From contig CM075994.1 of NCBI GenBank assembly GCA_038087875.1, positions 1,738,001 to 1,802,000 on the forward strand: 64,000 nt of DNA, read 5' to 3'. Both the position numbers and the translations under genes were made by a program. The first letter of the stretch is position 1. Each line of letters opens with the position of its first letter. The notes below the pieces were generated by a model. It was not told where the DNA came from and made no database searches. It was given only the letters and a program-made list of their open reading frames with translations. This DNA is from Malacoraja senta. Lineage: Eukaryota. Of this stretch, positions 1-11,743 are shown in pieces.

Positions 1-1629
1 CACCACCCTGGCCACACTCTCATTTCACTCCTGCTATCGGGAAGAACGTATAGGAGCCTGAAAACAGTAATGTTCAGGTTCAGGAGCAACTTCTTCCCTA
101 CAACCATCAGGCCATTAAACACTACAACCTCCAAATAACCTCAGAACTAGATAGACTGCGGGGCATTGGTGTTGTCTTTGCACTTTTATGGTGTTTACAA
201 AATACTCTAGTCTGAAGACGGGTCTCGTCCCAAACATCACCAATTTCTTTTCTCCAGAGTCTACGTTTCTCCAGCTTTTTGTGTCTATCTTCAGTTTAAA
301 CCAGCTTCTGCTGTTCCATACCACACTTGTTTAGATATCTGTAAGAATTTCATTGTTTTGTTTCGGAATAAATAACAATAAAACTCTCTTCACTCTCTCT
401 TCTTGACTCTTATTTCATTGGCTTACTATGCTGAGAATTAAAGCAATTGGTGCTTAAAAGTAAAACTAAATAAAAAGCTTTCTTAATGTAATAGGCTCAG
501 GGCATATGCCCAACTGACAAAGCCACGATTTAGCCAGCACGATTGGCAGCCTTGCCAACAGTCTGACTGTTTAAATTTAATTTGTTTTTATTTATTTAAT
601 TTTTAGTGTGTTAAGTTTGTGGAAATGTTCTCCGGTTTGTTTTATGTGGGGGGAAGGGTGTGGGTCAGGGGAAACTTTTGTTCAGTTCCTTACCTTGCCG
701 GAGATGCAATTATTTTCCGGGTCGCAACTCCGGTCGCTCTGCGGCCTAACATTGATGAAGCTGGAGGATGCGGCCTGTGGACTTTACCATCGTGAAGTCG
801 AGTCAGAAAGCTCCAACGACGCAGAGGCTCGACGCGAGGTTCGATCACCCGGCGCGGCGGAGCTGACATCCCCCCCGATGCAGAGCGCCCAAACGCGCGG
901 GCTACGGGAGTCAAGATCGTCCAGTCAACGGAGGGCTCAAGGACCCCGACCACGGGAGAGCAAAGAAAGGAAGAGATTTGAACTTTTTTTTCGCCTTCCA
1001 TCATAGTGAGGAATGTGGAGGAGTCACTGTGGTGGATGTTTATGTTAAAATGTGAAATTCCTCATATGTGGCAAAACATACTTGGCTAATAAAATATTAT
1101 TGTGATTGTATTGAGATCGTGATTTCTAATGGCACATGCAATGAACAGTTTCTTGAAACACTCCAGCCCATGAGGTTATAGGTAACATGAAGGATCAATG
1201 GCACACAAAGTCAGACTGGTTCAGAGGAGCCATGGGGTGCATGTCCCAGTTATCACTGCAATAATTCTTCAGGATAGTGTCTTCTAGCATAAAGCCTAAG
1301 TTTGCTGAGGCACCGCCGAATCATCCCACACCATGCACTATCCATCTCCGGTTCTTGACAGTCTCTGGGTAAGTCCTTAAACTGTGGAAGGTCAATGCGC
1401 TTTATTTGTCACATGTGCAACTGCAGTGTGAAATTCGTTTTGCATATTTACACAGGCAGGCGCTGCCATGTTCCGTGGTTCAGCGGCCACGGTATCTCGG
1501 GAAGATCTTCGCCACGGGACACCAAGACATGAGCGTTTCAATAAGATGGCTGACCTTGCCAGCAAAGCTCAAATCACGGAAATGAATATACATGTCAAAA
1601 ATAATAAAAAATTTAAAAATTGTATTTAC

Positions 1630-1750
1630 CTTTGGTTTTCGCTCAACAGTGAAGAGAATATTGGGCAGGAGTGATGCCGGTCCGAGTGAGCAGTAGAAGG
1701 TGACAACTCCAGCAAGGAATGACCAGAAGATCATAAGAATATGCAAGTAC
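1630..1750 (-). CDS. SNX14: SNX14 coding exon 2; gene continues beyond the window start
   Basis: AG/GT-bounded 121-nt exon encoding (R)[40 protein letters not shown], close to the recalled human SNX14 N-terminal transmembrane region. Phase fits exon 1. Confidence 0.93.
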
Positions 1751-2449
1751 CTATAGACAGAAAACAGTTATTGTAGGAATCACTGTTTTTTACTCAAACT
1801 GCAATTTAGTATACAACACACGAGAGGCATAGACAGGGTAGACAGTCATAACCTTTTTTCCCAGTCTGAAGAAGGGTTCCAACCCGAAGTGTCACCTATT
1901 CTTTTCTCCAGAGATGCTGCCAGACACGGTGTTACTCCAGCACCTTGTGTCCTTTCAGTCTTTCGGCTTGTGACATATGCCAGAACATAGAATAGTACAG
2001 CACAGGAACAGGCCCTTCAGCTCAAATTTCCTGTGGCAGATGTGTTGCCCAGTTAAACTAATCTCATTTGCCGGCACTTGATCCATATCCCTCCATTTTC
2101 AGCAAATTCAAAAGCCTCTTAATTGCCGCTAATCTCTCCATCCAGGTGAAGCAGTGATACGCCTGCATTTCTTCCAACCTAGATTACTGCACCTGATGTT
2201 CACGATGTATCTTCCCAATGCAGGAGAAGCCAAATGCATCTTAGTTGATTGTTTTGCAGTGTGATTGTGATCAATTCACAGGAGGCTCAGTGATCATCCA
2301 GTTACCCAACACCTGAATTTAGCTGGGTTTAGTTTATTATCATGAGGTATAGTGAAAAGCTTTTGTTGCATGTTAACCAGTCAGCGGAAAGACTATACAT
2401 GATTACAATTGAGCCGTCCACAGTTTACAGATACAGGATTATAAGTCAG

Positions 2450-3705
2450 AATTGATAGTACAATTAGGGCATTCGGTCCATCAAGTGTACTCCGCCATTC
2501 ATACATGGCGGATCTATCTCTCCCTTCTAACCCCATTCTCCTGCCTTCTCCCCATAACCTGTGACACCTGTACTAATCAAGAATCTATCTGTCTCTGCCG
2601 TAAAAATATCCACTGACTTGGCTTCCACAGCCTTCTGCAGCAAAGAATTCCACAGATTCATCACCCTCTGACTAAAGAATTTACTCATCTCCTTCCTAAG
2701 TCCTTTAATTCTGAGGCTATGACCTCTAGTCCTAGATTCTCCCACTAGTGGAAACATCCTCTCCACATCCACTCTATCCAAGCCTTTTACTATTCTGTGT
2801 TTCAATAAGGTCCCCCCTCATTCTTCTAAACTCCAGCGAGTACAGGCCCAGTGCCGACAAACACTCATCATAGGTTAACCTACTCATTCCTGGGATCATT
2901 CTTGTAAACCTCCTCTGGACCCTCTCCAGAGCCAGCTCATCCTTCCTCAGATATGGTGCCCAAAATTGCTCACAATATTCCAAATGCAGTCTTACCAGCG
3001 CCTTATAGAGCCTCAGCATTACATCCCTGTTTTTGTATAAAAACCCTCTTGAAATTAAGTTTGTTTTCTTTACCACCAATTTGACATGCAGATTAAATTT
3101 TTGGGGATCCTGCACCAGCACTGCCAATTCTCTTTGCACCTCCAATTTCTGGATTATCTCTCAATTAAAAAAAATATACCTGTCCTTCCACTTATTTTCG
3201 TATCATCCGCAAACTTGCCCACAAAGCCTTCAATTCCCTCATCCAAATCATTAATACCAGCAAATTTGTCAAGCAAGACCTCCCCTTCACAAAGGCATGC
3301 TGACTTTGGCCTAATTTATCGTGAACATCTAAGTACTCCGTAACCTCATCCTTTATAATGTACTCTAAAATCATACCTCTAAAGTCAGACTAACCGACCT
3401 TGTGCAGCAATGTAATATTAGCAATTTTCCAATCATCTAGGACCTCTCCTGCCTCTAGTGATTCTTGAAATATCACTGTCAATGCCTCCACAATCTCTAA
3501 AGCCACCTCTTTCAGAAACCTAGGTTGCAGTCCATCCGGTCCAGGTGACTTATCCACATCAGCCCTTTAGCTTTCCAACCACCTTCTCCCTAGTAATAGC
3601 CAATCCACTAACTTCCAACCCCACTCTTGAATTTCAGGAACTTTGCTGGTGTCTTCCACTGTGAAGACTGATGCAAAAACGTTATTAAACTCCTCTGCCA
3701 TTTCT
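2450..3705 (-). mobile_element. CR1-type LINE, degenerate 3' part
   Basis: Broken ORFs with CR1 ORF2 motifs (SQHAFVKGRSCLTNL, LYKALVRLHLEYC, FFSQRVMNLWNSL). Boundaries approximate. Confidence 0.85.
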
Positions 3706-4267
3706 TTAAAGGAAATAATGTTCAGTGCAAGATAACGTCCAGTTGAGTCCAATTAAAGATAGTCCAAAGGTCTCCAATGAGGTAGATGGTAGATTCGGAC
3801 CGCTCTCCAGTTGTTGGTAGGATGGTTCAGTTGCCTGATAACACTGGGAAGGAACTGTCCCTGAATCTGGAGGTGTGTTTTCACACTTCTGTACCTCTTG
3901 CCTGATGGGATAAAGCAATTCTTCATCACTCTCTAACCTATCAGCACTAATACAACACTACCTTAAAAAGCAGCACCTCATTTTCTCCCAGGTATATTGC
4001 AGCCTTACACCCAATACTGAAATCTACACGGTAACTTTGCAGGTGACATAGTGGCGCAGCTTGTACAGCCTCATCACGCCAATGACCCAGGTTCAATCCA
4101 GACCTTCAATCCAAAATCATTTGGAGAACGTTTGCACATTCTCACCTACTACCCCACCACAGTCCCCTGTCACTCCCTGAAGGGGAGGGGAGAGGACTGG
4201 ACGGGGGAGGAAGGAAGCGAGAGGTGGGGAGAACTGATCTCGGTGACGGAGGCCCTGATCCCCTCAC

Positions 4268-4404
4268 CGGTTGAACAGCAGGGTGCAGGAGGCGAGCAGC
4301 AGGAGGATGCAGCAGAAGACCGGGTACTGGCGGCCGACGTCGCGGAGCAGGTGAAGCCGCAGCCTGAGGCCCAGCTGCCGCAGCACCCGGCGCACGGCCG
4401 TCAT
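4268..4404 (-). CDS. SNX14: SNX14 coding exon 1
   Basis: ATG at 4404 gives MTAVRRVLRQLGLRLRLHLLRDVGRQYPVFCCILLLLASCTLLFNR, then a GTGAG donor. Resembles human SNX14 ([22 protein letters not shown]). Lies in a CpG island and next to SYNCRIP, as in human. Confidence 0.92.
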
Positions 4405-4452
4405 GTCGGAGCCGTGGCCCACGGGCGCCCACTCCCGGCACCTCCGCCCGCC

Positions 4453-4504
4453 GTCACCACCAAAGACCCTATAGCGGAGCTCCTCTAGTATCTTTGGTCA
4501 CCAC
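4453..4504. mobile_element. 36-bp palindromic micro-element with 8-bp direct repeats
   Basis: GTCACCAC (4453-4460) + CAAAGA...TCTTTG (4461-4496) + GTCACCAC (4497-4504). Confidence 0.6.
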
Positions 4505-4580
4505 CAGCCGCCTCCCGTCACTTCCGCCGCCCGGCCCAGGCGGAAGCGGAACCAACGAGCGTCCAGTCCCGGCGCTGCAG
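4505..4580 (-). promoter_or_regulatory. SNX14 CpG-island promoter with ETS/GABP-like motifs
   Basis: CACTTCCG and GCGGAAGCGGAA in GC-rich sequence upstream of the ATG. Confidence 0.5.
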
Positions 4581-5619
4581 GCTTGTCCTTCACTGGGAGG
4601 GTTCTAGGTTCATTAAAAATGCACTGCAATTGAAATAAAGGTGCTTTTATGGTCACATGTGCAAAGTGCTAGCGCACAGTGAATTTTTCATCTTACAGTC
4701 CAGTAGAGTATTGCCACACTCCCGATAAGCAACTATACAGAAATTAGTATACTGAGCCCGCATGCAAGAGGCACCATTTGCAAAGTACAGTCCCCGCGCT
4801 CTAATTCTTGAGCGATGCCTGATCCAAAGCCCAGGCTGTTGCGGGCCTCCAGCCGTCGCCTTTCCTCTCATCCGACTTTGTATCCCAGGGCCGCCTCCCG
4901 CAGCTGAACATAAAGGCCAGATACGGGTCCCTCTCCTACTGTCCTTATTCCTCGCCCGTTGTTTCCATTGTCTTCACCGGTACTGAAGCCGTTCTGTGAT
5001 TAACCCGAAAGGTTAACTGTGTTTCTCCATATATGTTGCCGGGCCTGCTGAGTGTTTCCAGCAGGCCAGTTTGTAGATAGAAAAATCGATTTTACTTTAA
5101 TATATGAAAAATGAAAGGTTCAATGCTATAAAAACGAATGGAATAAAAAGGAACTGCAGGTGCTGTTTATACCAAAGATAGATATAAAATGCTCAACTAG
5201 AGGTTTTGATTATCATTACCATTTACCACATTTACCCCCACTTTTATTTCTTTTGATTCATTCCTCCTTCCATTCGGACAATGCAACCATCAGCTTTTGT
5301 CAACTATTACTATGAGTAAAGCTTGATTAAATATCCAATGCATACACATTGAACCTCTTTGGTATCACAAGCATCCCATCCAGAATCTTTAAGACAATTC
5401 AGGCAGCAGGGTGGCACTAATTTTCTAAATTATTAGAACACTAAGTCTACCATTTCACAAATAATCCACAATTGGAACCAATGAAATTCAGAGAAAACAT
5501 CACAGTACACAAACTTTGTAGTTAAATGGCATTAGGAATATCACTAGTCGACTTACCAAACGTTTTATAAAATCTGGCAGCCCATTGATGTTCCAATGAG
5601 TTGAATCACAGACCAGGTA

Positions 5620-6200
5620 AGGTCATCAGTCAGAGTATTGAGTATAGAAGTTGGGGTAGTCATGTTGCAGTTATACAAGATGTTGGTGAGGCTACATTTA
5701 AAATATTGAGCTCACTTTTGGTCACCATGTTAAAGAAAAGATGTTGTCAAGCTGGAAAGGATGCAGAGATCTACAAAGATGTTGCCAGGACTCAAGAGCC
5801 TTGGCATAAGGACAGGTTGAGGAGTTTATTCCTTGGATGAGAAGTGATCTTATAGAGGTGTATAAAATCATAAGAATAGAAAGGAATGCAGTCTTTTGTT
5901 TGCCCAGAGTATGGGATATTGAGAACAAGAGGGAATACGTTTAAGGTGAGGAGGGAGGTTTTAATGGGAACCCGAGGGGTAACCTTTTTTTAAGACAAAG
6001 GGTTGTGGGTGTATGGAAGGTACTTCCGGAGGAGGTAGATGAGGCAGGTACTATCGTAATGTTTAAAAAACGTTTAGACAGGTACATAGATAGGGTAGGT
6101 TTAGAGGGATATGGGCCAAACTCAAGCAGGCGCGACTAGTGCAGATGGGACATGTAGGTCGGCATGGGCAAGTTGGGCCAAAGGGTCTGTTTCCACACTC
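5620..6200 (+). mobile_element. CR1-type LINE 3' fragment
   Basis: Degenerate CR1 ORF2 C-terminal sequence (SIEYRSW...) and 3' UTR resembling other copies in the window. Confidence 0.7.
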
Positions 6201-6782
6201 AATAACTTTTACATTTATGGTGATGGAATTATTGTGCAAGTTCAAAATGGTGAAAAAGATACCAAATCTCTCCAGCAGATTGCTAATGAATGGATGTACA
6301 GGGTACCTGGTCAGCAAAATATCTAACATTACAATGGCACTAATTTTACCTTTTTAAAAAAAAATTACCACATGTAAGAATCCTGGTTAACAGGTCCTTT
6401 GGGCAAGAAAAAAGTATTCACTGACCATGAAAGAAGTCTTCTTTCTACAAGAAACCGACACCATCCATGAATACCATTGCCACTTGATACTGTATGGATA
6501 GAGGCCACCGAGTATTTACAAACCAATAGTTAGCTTGGAGACACAAGGAACTGCAGATGCTGGTTTAGAAAACGACATGTGTTGAGAGTATGATGGATCA
6601 GGGTTGAAGTAGACATTCGAGATACAGCGCAGAAACAGGTCCTTCTTCTCACCGAGACTACACCGATCATTGATTACCCCGTACACTAGCACTATCCTAC
6701 ACACTAGGGACAATTTACAATGTTACCCAAGCCAGTTAACCTACAAACCTGCACATTTTGAAATGTGGGATGAAATCGGAAA

Positions 6783-6982
6783 NNNNNNNNNNNNNNNNNN
6801 NNNNNNNNNNNNNNNNNNNNNNNNNNNNNNNNNNNNNNNNNNNNNNNNNNNNNNNNNNNNNNNNNNNNNNNNNNNNNNNNNNNNNNNNNNNNNNNNNNNN
6901 NNNNNNNNNNNNNNNNNNNNNNNNNNNNNNNNNNNNNNNNNNNNNNNNNNNNNNNNNNNNNNNNNNNNNNNNNNNNNNNNNN
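6783..6982. other. Assembly gap (200 N)
   Basis: Run of N. Confidence 1.
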
Positions 6983-7451
6983 CCCTCTTTTTTTTAAGTT
7001 AGGTTCAGAAAAGAACCAATCTGGAAATGCTCAACTACCTGAAATATTGGTGATTACACTTCCATCTGCAAGCAGTCCTCTTCAGGAATAATGAGTTATC
7101 GAACTGCAGTGTGAGGTAGTGATGAGCAATAACACGAGAACCACAATCAGCTGGACGTGAATGCAATGGCTTGGACATGGTTTTTAAGTTTTCTGCGCAA
7201 GTCTGGTATTGTATGAATATTGCATTATGAAACCATCTGACACAAAACAATGGTCATCACCCACCACTACCCCTGTATATTACAAAAAAAGGTAAATTTG
7301 CTATACAAAATTTAAAAATTACAGTCCATATATGTTGACATCTGAAGCTCTTTTCCTTGGCGTTCCTGGTCTCCATTTGGCGTCCTGGTCTGGAGTCTTA
7401 CCATCATCTCCTTTAGCAGCTTCCAGTGTAACCTCTGCAAGTCAGTCGTCA

Positions 7452-7490
7452 TCAAAACAGGTCAGGACCGGCCTCGACCTCGTTTTCCTG
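7452..7490 (-). CDS. SYNCRIP: SYNCRIP alternative terminal coding exon (hnRNP Q1-type C-terminus)
   Basis: After a TAG|CAG acceptor it reads QENEVEAGPDLF*, matching the recalled human Q1 end QGKGVEAGPDLLQ. A second frame reads AGKRGRGRS* (stop ends 7462). Confidence 0.8.
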   Translation of the reverse strand, partial: QENEVEAGPDLF

Positions 7491-8968
7491 CTAGCCAGGC
7501 AACAAAAGGAAGCCATTAAATTAACATCTAAAACAGAATTAGATGAGAAAATATTACTGGTTTTAATGTTACTGGTCCAATAATCCAGAATTTAACATTT
7601 CAGCATTTTATATTAAATTCTGAGAGGCAATAAACTGAGCTTGAGCTACTGGTACAGCCCAGGTGAGTTCATCTTAAAACTGAGCATACCATTTCATTTA
7701 TACATGCTGCAAGATTTTGAAACCTCAATAACAAATTTCAATGCTTATTTATATTAATGTACATACACACAAAAATGTACACATTATTCAATTTAAGTTT
7801 CCAGTGTAAAACAAAAACAATTGTTTGGATAGGTTCCATAAATTGGTGCATAAATTGTGTTTGAAGTTAATTTAAAATATCAGATCATTATTCTTAGTTT
7901 ACGTGTAAGAAATGGTACACACCCGTTTCCAAAGAGAATGCTATCAAAATATGTCACTTTATATTTTGAGAACAAATTTGAGCAGATTGGTTATACAAAC
8001 TTCAGTTATTTCACAATGCACATATAAAAAGCATATTTAGAGGTTAGGCAAGGACACACTAAGCATTTAGTGCTGAAAATTAGTAGCACTGTTTTTTGTG
8101 ATTTGTATTCTGAAATATTTTGAGAACAGTTCAAAAATGTATCCTGAGGAATATTTAATTTTATCTTTAAAAATTGCACACAAAAAAGAAACAAACCACA
8201 AAGAACAAGTACGTTTAAGGTACCATTTGGTGTCATCTGCAGAGTACTTTCATGGCATAAAAGATCAGTGCTTGTTAGATCAGATTAAAGTCAAAACAGC
8301 AAGGCAGCAACTCAAAGATAACTTAATTCACATATGCATTCATTGATATGTGTCTTTGTTAATTACACCAAATCATTTTGCAAGACACAGCCATTGATGA
8401 ATGACATGCTGCCTTAAAGATTTGTCTCAATGTTACATATCATTCACCATACACAATATCAATAATGAAATAAACTGTGCAAATGTTAACATATTTCTAG
8501 TACTTCCTTCTAATACCACCCTGTCCAAGGTTTTCCATTAGAAATTCATTGGAGAATTTGGATCAGTTTTGGTAAGAGTAAATAATTTGTCAAAGGAAAA
8601 TTTATGGAACAAAATGGAATTTAGTTAAATTCATGTTGTTTGAGAATTTTGAAATTTTATTGACATAGACATGCACAGTAGATAGAGAATAGTAGAATAA
8701 ACTTGGCAAACTCATTTCTGGAATAGCCAAAACAAGAACTGGTAGTAATTTGAAAAGATCCAAACATTTTAAAAAAAATATTTAGGTCAGCTTGCCTGCT
8801 TCTGGGAATGCAAGTTAGTAACATACAGTTTTGTCAGTACTTCAAATACAAGAAATTTAAAAAGCCAAATTTCAAAAATAGAAATTCCCAGACAAGTGCA
8901 ACAATTGCAGATTGTGCCGTCAAGTCCAAGTGATTTTTTAAATTAAAGTATACACATCTGCACATTGG

Positions 8969-9184
8969 ACAAAAATGCTGAAGGAACTCAGCAGGTGAGG
9001 CAGCATCTATGGGGAGAAGGAATAGGCAACGTTTTGGGTCGAGCCCCTTCTTCAGGCTGAAGAAGGGACTTGACCCGAAACGTTGCCTATTCCTTCTCTC
9101 CTTAGATGCTGCCTTACCCCGCTCAGTTCCTCCAGCATTTCTGTCTACCTTCGATTTTTCCAGCACCTGCAGTTCTTTCTCAAG
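8969..9184. mobile_element. Palindromic Penelope-derived repeat in the SYNCRIP 3' UTR
   Basis: Two inverted copies of the GCAGCATCT...CCCTTCTTCAG repeat, flanked by CATCTGCACATTGG direct repeats (8955-8968 and 9185-9198). Confidence 0.75.
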
Positions 9185-9313
9185 CATCTGCACATTGGGG
9201 TCTCTTGCCAGACGTTACCAATTAACAAGCGGCAGCCAATCAGATTTAAAGCTAATTTGTGTTTTATAGTCAGTACAGACAATCTGTCAGTCATTTTACT
9301 GAACCCTAGTGGT

Positions 9314-9902
9314 CTATTTCCACTGTTGCCATAAGTATCCTGATAAAACTTCTGGTCGTTCTCAGATTTGTAACCATAGTTACCAGAATAATCACCACCT
9401 TGGAGCGGTTGCTGAGCAATAGGTTGTGAGCCCCAGTTTTGATTATTGGTCTGGCGCCGCTTCGAATCTGGCTGGTTGTACCCATCAGCTTTTCGTTTGC
9501 CTCCTAAATTTCCACCGCGGCCACCCCTCACACCACGTACCCCGCGGGCTCTCTGCTGTGCCTGGGAACCCCTCTTGCACCACGAGCACCTCTCCCTGCC
9601 ATTTGACCACGTTGTGAGAATCCAGATCTTCGTGGTTGGGAAACTCCACGACCTCTAGCGGGTGGTGCACCTCTTCCACTTCTGCCACTTCTTCCTATAG
9701 CAGTTGTTTGATAATCATCATAACCATAATATGGATCTTCATATCCTCCACGATAATCATGGTAATCGTAGCCATAATAATCATATAATCTTCATAACTA
9801 TAGTAATCTAGTGGATAACTGTAACCTCCTCTTGCTCCACGATTTCTGTTTCGTGTTGGAGGGGGCATACGGGGTGGAGGGTAGTAATAGTAATCCTCAT
9901 AC
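9314..9902 (-). CDS. SYNCRIP: SYNCRIP last coding exon (Tyr-rich, RGG, NLS, Q/N tail); three 1-nt deletions as assembled
   Basis: YEDYYYYPPPRMPPPTR...GGKRKADGYNQPDSKRRQTNNQNWGSQPIAQQPLQGGDYSGNYGYKSEN...QQWK*. Frame shifts near 9785, 9570 and 9330. Confidence 0.93.
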
Positions 9903-11321
9903 CTGGAGTTAAAAAGATACTTGATTTGTAGAAAGCATGATTAAAAGGCAAGCAATTTTAAATTAAAAGCAGTGTATAAATTCATATCTTCCCAAATTAT
10001 AACCATAAATTTCATACAGATAGTGAATGGTACTCAAGCTGGTATGCAGCAGGTATGGAAATCTAACTACGCAAATATAATAAATTGCTATCAAGAAAAT
10101 CAAATTTCTTTATAAGGGCAGTTACACATGTACAAGATATACACTAAACAAGCAGGTGAAACTGGCAGATGGAGTTCAATTATTTTTCTTAGACAAAAAG
10201 GTTAAGGGCATCGTTGGGACAAAATGTACTTAGTTGTATTTCTCACTATCCTTCAAGTACTACCAGCATGGATTCAAGCGCTACCATAATGCGTAACGTT
10301 GATAACCACACATCTCCTGTAGTAATCAATCTTTGGCACGATGATGCTTTACAAAAAAAACTCAAAAAGCGCAGGGGTACAAAACGCAATCATTTCAGGA
10401 GGGTTAGGGTATAGAAGTGAGAACGGGACACCACAGATAAAACATAGCCTTGCAGTTGTGAAAACTACTTTCAGCTTTGGACTCAGCATCTCTAGTAAAG
10501 GCAATGGGCCTTGATAGCAGATTTAGCACAATTGCAGAATTGGGGGGGGGGGGGGGTGGTGTTATCTCCACGGATTATATATGTTTTAGGATGATTCTCT
10601 ACTCGCTAAGCTCCAGCCAACAGGGCAGGTTAATGGATTAGCTATTGCACATCAGTTCACCATGCAGCAAGACACATGGGAACAGCTGGGCCAAATGAAT
10701 TAGCAGAATTAGCCAGGATCCATCTAAATGGCACGTCTCAAGAGTATGAATGGCACCCCCCCCCCCCTAATTTGAAATGAATGCCAATTTAAAGCACATC
10801 AAATCTAGCACAGGGAAAGTCAGTAAATATTAAACAGGCGGAAGTTTCCATTCTCCTAGTTAACTGAGAGCACAATAGAAGAATAATTCAGCTTTGTGTT
10901 CTTTTGTGCACCCGAACTTCAAGGAATAATAACGAGGAGTTCAACTGTAGATTTACAACACAATTTCATTTTGTACTGAAGCTAAAAATCATACCAGTTA
11001 ATAACCAAAGTAGTTCCACCTGCTGGCCAAAGTATTTGCTAGACTGAACAAAATTAGTGTTTCAAATTTCAAAAGGCAAAACCAGCAGCTGAAGTGCAGG
11101 TTTGTGCAGAAAGGATTCACACTTGCAACATGCTGGTAAGTGAATCATTAAAAACAGCTCCTGATCTACCACCAACCAACCTCTGACCTGGCAACAGGAT
11201 TTACCGTTGGACCATCTGAGGCAGACTACAGGCATTACCACAGCCACTCCATTTTAACTGAAACAATTCTTCAAAAATCTGTCAGCTACAATTGAACAGC
11301 CGATCTATCAGATGTACTTAC

Positions 11322-11443
11322 AGCTGAGATCTAGCAGCTTGCCTCTGAGCCTGGCGTTCCTTCTTCTTCTTGTCCGGTGGCTTAGCAAGAACAATTTCAA
11401 TATTTTCACCTTCTAGGTCTTTCCCATTCATTTCATTCATTGC
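11322..11443 (-). CDS. SYNCRIP: SYNCRIP coding exon (end of RRM3)
   Basis: 122-nt AG/GT exon: AMNEMNGKDLEGENIEIVLAKPPDKKKKERQAQRQAARSQ. Confidence 0.96.
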
Positions 11444-11593
11444 CTGCAATGTGCAATTGGATGAAACTGCTTTACAGATGTATATACTATCAGAAATAAG
11501 CAATTAAAAAAGATTAACAAGCTTAGTCAAACAGCTGCATGGAATATTGCAAAGTCCAACCTTTCACTATGCTGCTTTCTACTGAATCTTTAC

Positions 11594-11743
11594 CTTTACA
11601 GCGCCGTCTCTTTCATCAAAGTGAACAAAAGCATAATCTTTGAGTTTCTTCACCCGTTCCAGTTTGCCAAAGTGACTGAAGGTTTTTTCTAGTAATTCTT
11701 CTGTTACTGTACTGGCCAAATTACGAACAAACAGCACCTTCAC
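11594..11743 (-). CDS. SYNCRIP: SYNCRIP coding exon (RRM3)
   Basis: 150-nt AG/GT exon: VKVLFVRNLASTVTEELLEKTFSHFGKLERVKKLKDYAFVHFDERDGAVK. Confidence 0.96.

Noticed and set aside
4051..4488. Listed 145-aa plus-strand and 99-aa minus-strand ORFs
   Set aside because: Antisense or off-frame shadows of GC-rich SNX14 exon 1.
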